Shown here in pieces: positions 56,993-64,000 of a DNA stretch of 64,000 nucleotides. The notes under the pieces are model-generated. The model was not told the origin of the DNA and did no database searches. It saw only the letters and a list, made by a program, of their open reading frames with translations. Numbering within the stretch: position 1 is the first letter of the stretch; each line of letters starts with the position of its first letter. This DNA is from Heteronotia binoei (lineage: Eukaryota): positions 24,304,001 to 24,368,000 of the forward strand of contig NC_083233.1 in the NCBI RefSeq assembly GCF_032191835.1, given 5' to 3'. The translations under genes were made by a program, and so were the position numbers.

Positions 56993-58469
56993 GTTATATC
57001 CTGTCTTAACTCCTTGGACTCAAGGTGTCTAGCAAAGCAGTAGGTTGCAAAAACATATTGAAAAACCCAATAAAATCAGCAATGTGTAGCCAGATCTGTC
57101 AAACAATTTGCCCTCCCCTCAGTGTCCTTTGAAATAAAGCTGTCCACACACCTTCCTGAAGAAAGTGAAGACATCTGCCACACTGATGTGATTAGCCATT
57201 TTAAAGGACTGCTCCTACCATAGAAAAAGCCTGTAAACTGTAGCCAGACATATGGTCCTGAGATCCTTAGTCCTGAGCTGAATGGTTTGGAGATAGTCAT
57301 TGATTCTGCCCTGAATTTAAGGAACTACAATATTCAATGCAAGACGGGGATTTTTCACAAATATGTCATAAAAAAGAAGGGGTCATCTTACATTTGCATA
57401 GAAGTTACAAGTATTTTTAAGTGGTTGTCTTCATGCAAATGCTATAGTTTTGGCTAACATGCTTTGGTCTGTACTGCTATTATTGGCTATGATATCTCAG
57501 CAACATGGGTTAATGCAGAGTTGTGCTATCTCCTACAGTTTTGCAGGAACAGTATGTCACTGCAAGCATGAAGTTCAGTGTTCTGATAATCTGTTTATAT
57601 TTTATATATCAATAAGCTTTTAGCCCTGATCGCTATGAAGATGTCAGCTCAGCAGTTACTGTTTTGTTCTTTAGAGAGAATGGAAGAAAGGACAGCAAAG
57701 AGAGGATAATGCCAGTCTCTCGGGTACGTGCTCCAGGTCCAGGCAGATAAGTCCCCAATGGTTTGGAAGTGCTGTTTGGCCCTAGCGCCAGCTAAAACTG
57801 GAGCTCTAGACAGACATCAGAAGTGTGCTTGTTTTGAGCATGAACCTCATTTGCTGTCAGGCTCGTGCGCTTCCCTTTTCACATAGAATTGCAATTGGAC
57901 TTCCTGCTTTTGGAAGTCTTCCATCTAAAGTTGTTGTTAAAGCACCTGCATTTGGATTGGACAACATGCTGGAATCCAAATACTTAGGTTCAGATGATAC
58001 AACAAATTGGAAGCAGTCTGGGTCTGTAGCAAATACTGGTTGGTGCTGTAAATGTTAGTGGTGTCCAAAATGGTATTGGCAAAGCAGAATAGAAGATGGG
58101 TTGAAGGGTAGAGGGAAAGGTACCAAGTAACCTGAGTGTAATCGTTCCTTTTCACATTGGTATCTCATCCATCCTCTAAAGTACTCGTGGCAACTTATGT
58201 AGGATTTTCCCCATGTAAACTTCACAGCAGCCCTGTAAAGTAGGTGGAGCTGATAATAGTGACTGCTGAAAGTCACCAAGTAGGTTTTCTGGATGAGAAG
58301 GGGTTTGTGTTCTGGTTTTTCCTGGTTGGTCCCAAGAGCTATTTAGGTCATCATATGCACTTTCATGTACGTGCCCTTCACTGTACCTCTGGGATTTTAA
58401 TAGAGTTACCTCTGGAACTTCTGTGAACTGGACCACTTCAAGGGTCTTTCCCCAAGTATATGTTAAGTG

Positions 58470-59536
58470 CTGTCAAGTTACTTCTAACTTACAGTGTCCC
58501 TATGTGTGACCATCAAAATGTCCTTGCAAATTGAGGGCTTTGATTGATGCTGGGCCTTCCTCTTTTCCTGCTGACTTCAACTTTTTCTAGCATTGTTATC
58601 TTTTCCAGTGAGTCTTCTCATGTGACTAAAGTACAATAGCTTCAGTTCGGTCATTCTAGCTTCCAGAGAGAGTTCAGGCTTGATTTGATCTAGAACCCAC
58701 TTATTTGTCTTTTTGGTGGTCTATGGTATCTGTAATACTCCTGCACCGCATTTCAAATGAATCAGCTTTCTTCCTGTCAGATTTCTTCATTTTCCAACTT
58801 TCAGACCCATACATAGTAACGGGGAATACTGTAGCATGAGTTATCTTGATCTGGATTGCCAGTGACATATCCTTACTCTTAAGGATCTTTGAGCTCCTTC
58901 ATGGCCACTCTTCCAGTCTCAAGTCTTTTCCTGATTTGTGGGTTCCAGTCAATACTCCCTCTAAGCTGTGGATTCTCGTGAGCAAAAATTCTACTTTGTG
59001 AGCTACCGGCATTAAAGCTGTGAGCTGGCGATTTGGCTACTGCATAAATTAGTTTGCTGTGGGGCCATCCTTCCTGAGCTAAGACAAGAATGGGTGAGCT
59101 GGAGGCTAAAAAAATTGTGAGCTAGCTCACCCTAACTCAGCTTCAAGGGAGCACTGGTTGCAGTCTTCCTTTTGGTTGATGATTGAACCAAGGTATAGCA
59201 GATCTTTAACCATTTCTGTTTTTTCAGCATCAACCTTACAGTTGTTTAATTCCCCCGTAGTCATTGCTTTTGTCTTCTAGATGCTCAGCTGTAATCTTTC
59301 TTTGGCACTTCCTACTTCAACCTTCATCAGTCATCATTTCAAGTCTTCACTGTTTTCTGCCAGTAGTGTGGTGTTATCTGCATATCTCAAACTGTTAAGT
59401 TCCTTCCACCAGTTTTCACTCCATCTTCATCTAGACCAACCTTCCTTATGATATGTTCTGCACATAGATTGACAAGAAAGGGAGATTCAGTGCATGCTTG
59501 TCTGACAACTTTGCCAACTGGGAACCATTCTGTCCC
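58470..59536 (-). mobile_element. RTE/BovB-like LINE 3' fragment interrupted by a hAT MITE
   Basis: Revcomp gives NSLRYADNTTLLAENSEDLK (RT YADD region) and BovB-like downstream sequence; contains stops. Confidence 0.8.
58950..59156. mobile_element. hAT MITE family B nested in the BovB-like fragment
   Basis: TIRs present; TSD gttccagt/gttgcagt. Confidence 0.87.
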
Positions 59537-59689
59537 ATTTCTTTTAAAACCAATTCTAGCTTGTCATGATCCGCCCAGTGAAAAGCTCTGCCGTAATCTA
59601 TGAAACACAAACTGATTTTCTTCTGAAAATCTGGTGTATCCTTTAGTAACCAACATAAATTCCCTAAGCTTTTTGGGATTTTTTTTCCC

Positions 59690-59880
59690 CATTAAGTCAC
59701 AGCTGACTTATGGCAGTCCTGTGGGGTTTTCAAAGCAAGAGACTTTCAGAGGTGATTTGCCATTGCCTGTTCTTGTGTTGTGCGACCCTGGTATTCCTTG
59801 GTGGTCTCCCATTCAAATGCTAACCAGGGCAACCCAGTTTAGCTGATGAGATCTGATAACCTGAGCTATCCAGACCAGTG
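59690..59880 (-). mobile_element. 5S-derived SINE with a Sauria/RTE-like body
   Basis: Revcomp has cagatctcatcagctaa...ctggttagcatttgaatgggagaccaccaaggaatacc, followed by ggcaatggcaaatcac. Confidence 0.65.
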
Positions 59881-60159
59881 CTTCTGTTTTATTCATAACT
59901 TGATTAGCGTCTGAATTTTCCTAACTCAGGGCAAACCCCCCACACTCAGTATTAAAAGTTTTCTTTCTCCTCACAGAAGACAAGCAGGAAGGGAGAAGTC
60001 AGTTGCCCGCAAGCATTGCCCAAATACCAGCTATCAAAGCCTTGCAAATGCTAATGACTATCCTAACCAGGCACAATGAAGTGGCCAGATCATACCTCCG
60101 TGGCTGGGATCTGACACCTAGAAGTTGGCATAGTGGCTTGGGAGTGCAAGAGGCTAGAT

Positions 60160-60790
60160 TAAGAACATAAGAACATAAGAGAAGCCATGTTGGATCAGGC
60201 CAACGGCCCATCCAGTCCAACACTCTGTGTCACACAGTGGCCAAAAATTTTATATACACACATACACTGTGGCTAATAGCCACTGATGGACCTCTGCTCC
60301 ATATTTTTATCTAAACCCCTCTTGAAGGTGGCTATACTTGTGGCCGCCACTACCTCCTGTGGCAGTGAATTCCACATGTTAATCACCCTTTGGGTGAAGA
60401 AGTACTTCCTTTTATCCGTTTTAACCTGTCTACTCAGCAATTTCATCGAATGCCCACGAGTTCTTGTATTGTGAGAAAGGGAGAAAAGGACTTCTTTCTC
60501 TACTTTCTCCATCCCATGCATTATCTTGTAAACCTCTATCATGTCACCCCGCAGTCGACGTTTCTCCAAGCTAAAGAGTCCCAAGCGTTTCAACCTTTCT
60601 TCATAGGGAAAGTGCTCCAGCCCTTTAGTCATTCTAGTTGCCCTTCTCTGGACTTTCTCCAATGCTATAATATCCTTTTTGAGGTGTGGCGACCAGAACT
60701 GCACACAGTACTCCAAATGAGACCGCACCATCGATTTATACAGGGGCATTATGATACTGGCTGATTTGTTTTCAATTCCCTTCCCAATAA
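60160..60790 (-). mobile_element. Young 5'-truncated CR1 3' end, followed by a Squam3 3' half (about 60862-61008, + strand)
   Basis: Open RT C-terminus nearly identical to 29083-29666; (cttatgtt)n tail. Confidence 0.95.
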
Positions 60791-62758
60791 GATTGTATCT
60801 TCCTTGTGATTTCAGGAAAGACTTCCTTGGTCCACAGAAAGGGTGGGAAAACAGAAAGGCTTGAAAGGGCACCTGCTGTAATTCTCTCAGCCCCACCCAC
60901 CTCACAGGGTGTCTGTTGTGAGGGAGGGAGGAAGGTAAAGGAGATTGTGAGCCGCTCTGCGATTCGGAGTGGAGGGCGGGATATAAATCCAATATCATCT
61001 TCCTCTTCATATCTAATTTCCCTCTTGATGGCTGCCAGTGTCACATACAACAGACAAAGAGCTGCCTGCCGGGACAAAGATATCAAAGCAATGGGAAGAT
61101 TTTAGAACATTAACTTCTAAATTAAAGAACCTGACTTGGAACAAGATCAGTTAGGGCAAGTATAGGGTCAGGGAAAGGGGAACTGGGTAAGTTCTTTACT
61201 ATTTTAAATTATGGTAGTTCTCCATACCACATAAATCCCATAGTTCAAACACACTATTTAAAACGGGTGCCATGGATAGGGAGGTGTTCATTTGCAAGAT
61301 TACTGTTTCCCTAGAAATGTGGAAAACTGTCCTGTGGTAACCAGACCTTGGGTAGCAGGAGATGTAGGTGCCAGGTGGAGCCTTAGAACGGCAATGCTCT
61401 AAAGCTGTTGGGAGTACTGGCCATAAGTGGGTAGCTGGAACACCTTGAGGATGATATTTGAGTGGAAAGGCAGCCTAGAAATGCTTTAAATAAATTGTAA
61501 AGCAACTAGTTAGCAGAATACCAGAGGAGTAGAGAGAGAGAGAGAAGGCCTGTATTGTTTGGGCAAGCCAGTTGAACAGTATCAGGTACCAGGTGAATAC
61601 ACTGGTACCTACTACCTAGCCATACACAGTGGCACCCATGGGTCAGCGGGGGCCATTCTGCCACACATGCAAGTGTAAATTGTATGCTCAGAAGTAAATT
61701 ACGTTGGGTTAGATAAAAGCTGCTTAATAGATGCAGTTCTGAATGTAAAATGTTGACTCCTCCCCCCCAAACCAGCACAGACTGAGTAGACAGATGAGGC
61801 AAGAGAGGTATGGCATGGGGAACGATACCGGTATAGAACAGAGATTGACATGTTTTGGGTAAAGACCCTCTACTTCATCACTGCAGAAATGCCCTTTAGG
61901 TTATTCTTGAGTCTGCTAACTTTCAGTATTTTCTCCATCATACAAAACAAAAAATTTTTGTGGTAGGGATGAATTTCAAGGTTTTTTAAGCTTTGTTGCC
62001 TCCTGCATATGCAGCTGCGATTGTTCGCCTTGTATCCAAAGCCTCTCTTCGGTGCAGAAAACTATGACTGTTGTCAAAGCTTCCTGTATCCCAGCTGTAC
62101 GCCTCTGTGGGAAAGAGGAGGTCAGATTGAGGTTTCATAAATCAGTTTTTGTTCATACAGTATTTTTAAAGCAAACTCATTCTGTTTCCTTGTTCAAGCC
62201 TTAAATAGTTGCTTGGTCCTCGGGATAAATCTCTGGAGGATACTGATTTGCTCCTTCTGCTGTGTGGGTCCAGTAGAGTTTTCCAGAAGGCCGTGGAAGT
62301 AATTGGGGGTCACAGTTGCAGACCAGCTGGATTTATAGAGCTTAAGTAAGATAACAGAATGGGGGGGGGGGGGTAAGAATCTGCATTATTGTAAACTAAG
62401 GAATTTCAAATAAAAGCTTCTTTTTCACCCATCCATTTTCCTGGACTTTGACTCACTCAATCAAAATTAAGTTACAAATTCATAGGGGTGAGGGATTGAA
62501 AGGAAAATATGAAAATGAATGTAAGAAAAGCAGCTCAATGTGTCCAAGCAATAGTTTATGAATTTCTGTTTGTGGGATGGCAGGAGAAAGGGTGAAGCAA
62601 ATAAAGCTATTGATTCTAATTCTAGAAAGGGCTAGATCCTGAGTAGGCATGACATCTAGTGGGCTGCTAACCTCAAGGCAGTCGGGAACGGTGATGAAAG
62701 AAAGTTACAGACAAGTTGCAGGCAATGAGCAATTATAACTCTCTGTATAACTTAACAG

Positions 62759-62883
62759 GGTGTGGTCCCTACTGCTCAGCGTGCTGCCATTGTGGTTGGA
62801 GTAGAGCTGCCAGTCTATGACATCACCAAGAAACACTTAATCCTTTCGGGGTTTGTGGGGGACACAATCTTCACCCATTTCAT
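62759..62883 (+). CDS. SLC25A14: SLC25A14 coding exon 6 (gene continues beyond the window)
   Basis: [41 protein letters not shown]; ttaacag| and AT|gtgagt. Confidence 0.96.
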
Positions 62884-63484
62884 GTGAGTATTTGCCAGTT
62901 CTGTATATGTTAAGACTACCTATCGGGTTCTCAATTTTCATAGACAATGGGGAGGAGCAGCCAATTTCCTGCAAGAATAGCCTTTTGGAAATGCAGTTCT
63001 TTCCGCTGTCTGCTTGTGGGCAGATCAGTTTGCCAGGTAGATGGGGAAGAGACAAAAGCTTTAGAATGCACTCCATTGTCAAAGGCTGGAGATACATGTG
63101 GTAGATTAAGGGATTATTACGGTGGCTTTGTTCCATGTCACTATTATATAACTCAAATAATCTAGTACCTTAGCATTGCAAGAGAATACATTTGAGGATC
63201 TAGAAATGGCTGCAGTTACTCGTTGTGGAGGTCCTTCAATAGATTGTGTCGTCTTTAGTTAGAATTGTTCATGCATACATTTAAGAGGGCTTACTGGTAA
63301 GGATGAGCATTCAGATATTAATTAAAACCAAAAATGCCTTGTCTGTTAACATTAAGGAACAATTTGAACGGGAAAATTCTTGGCTGTAATATTCAGAAAT
63401 CCTGGAGGTTATTCTGGCTTCTAGCTTAGAGTTCCAGAAAGTTGGGGAAGATGTGAAGAAAATGTCATATATATAACTGACAGG

Positions 63485-63678
63485 CAATGTTCCCTCTAAG
63501 CTGTAGCATCTTGTGAGCAAAAATTCTACTTTGTGAGCTACTGGCGTTAAAGTTGTGAGCTACTGCATAAATTATTGTGCTCTGGGGTCATCCTTCCTGA
63601 GCTAAGACAAAAATGTGTGAACTGGAGGCTCAAAATTTGTGAGCTAGCGTACACTAACTCAGCTTAGAGGGAACACTG
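63485..63678. mobile_element. hAT MITE family B
   Basis: Exact TSD ctgacagg. Confidence 0.9.
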
Positions 63679-64000
63679 CTGACAGGGACATTTTTCAGTC
63701 AGCTGTTACATATGGTTTATATTGATAGGTTCAAGATACTATTTACATTGGTCACATTGTTGGCTCACTGATTTAGTTAATACTATATAAGCAGTAAGTC
63801 CCGTTTGCTTTGTTATTTTGTCCTGCGCCTGCTAGGCACAGGGGTAAAAGTTTAGCTAGGTCCAGCTGGAAAAGAAAATGGACAGCACTTGGGCAAGCCT
63901 CAGTATGAAATGGGGTACCTCTTGTGTTTCCATGAGTTTGGTGTTCATATGTGATGAAAACAGAATATGTGTGCATTTTTTTAAGCCGCTTTGTGGGTGA

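Noticed and set aside
1-64000. CRISPR arrays, operons or other prokaryotic/viral systems
   Set aside because: Vertebrate exon-intron DNA. Recurrent motifs are dispersed TE copies with TIRs, TSDs or tails, not repeat-spacer arrays. I recognised no endogenous viral ORF or snoRNA.

Overview
Eukaryotic, intron-rich vertebrate DNA, inferred to be squamate and probably gecko from abundant Squam3-like and Sauria SINEs. The window holds five genes: the 5' part of AIFM1 (- strand; exons 1, 2a, 3 and a candidate 30-nt micro-exon), a complete 3-exon MARS2 (+, head-to-head with AIFM1, start codons 153 bp apart), RAB33A (+, 2 exons), RBMX2 (+, 6 exons) and the first six coding exons of SLC25A14/UCP5 (+). 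Exons were joined by hand and GT-AG phases are consistent. The rest is dense with mobile elements: tRNA- and 5S-derived SINEs, at least six hAT MITE families with 8-bp TSDs, CR1, BovB-like RTE, a decayed L1 carrying the 5' end of a CR1, and Penelope-like terminal repeats. I see no wholly new multi-gene system. The best leads are: (1) a decayed orthologue of the brain-specific AIFM1 exon 2b (stop codon, frameshift, deletion, splice sites intact); (2) several Penelope-derived minimal hammerhead ribozyme motifs with compensatory stem changes; (3) an RBMX2 splice acceptor whose pyrimidine tract comes from a SINE tail; (4) the AIFM1/MARS2 bidirectional promoter with an intron-containing MARS2. Gene and repeat identities rest on recalled homologues, not database searches. 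Repeat boundaries are approximate unless a TSD is quoted.
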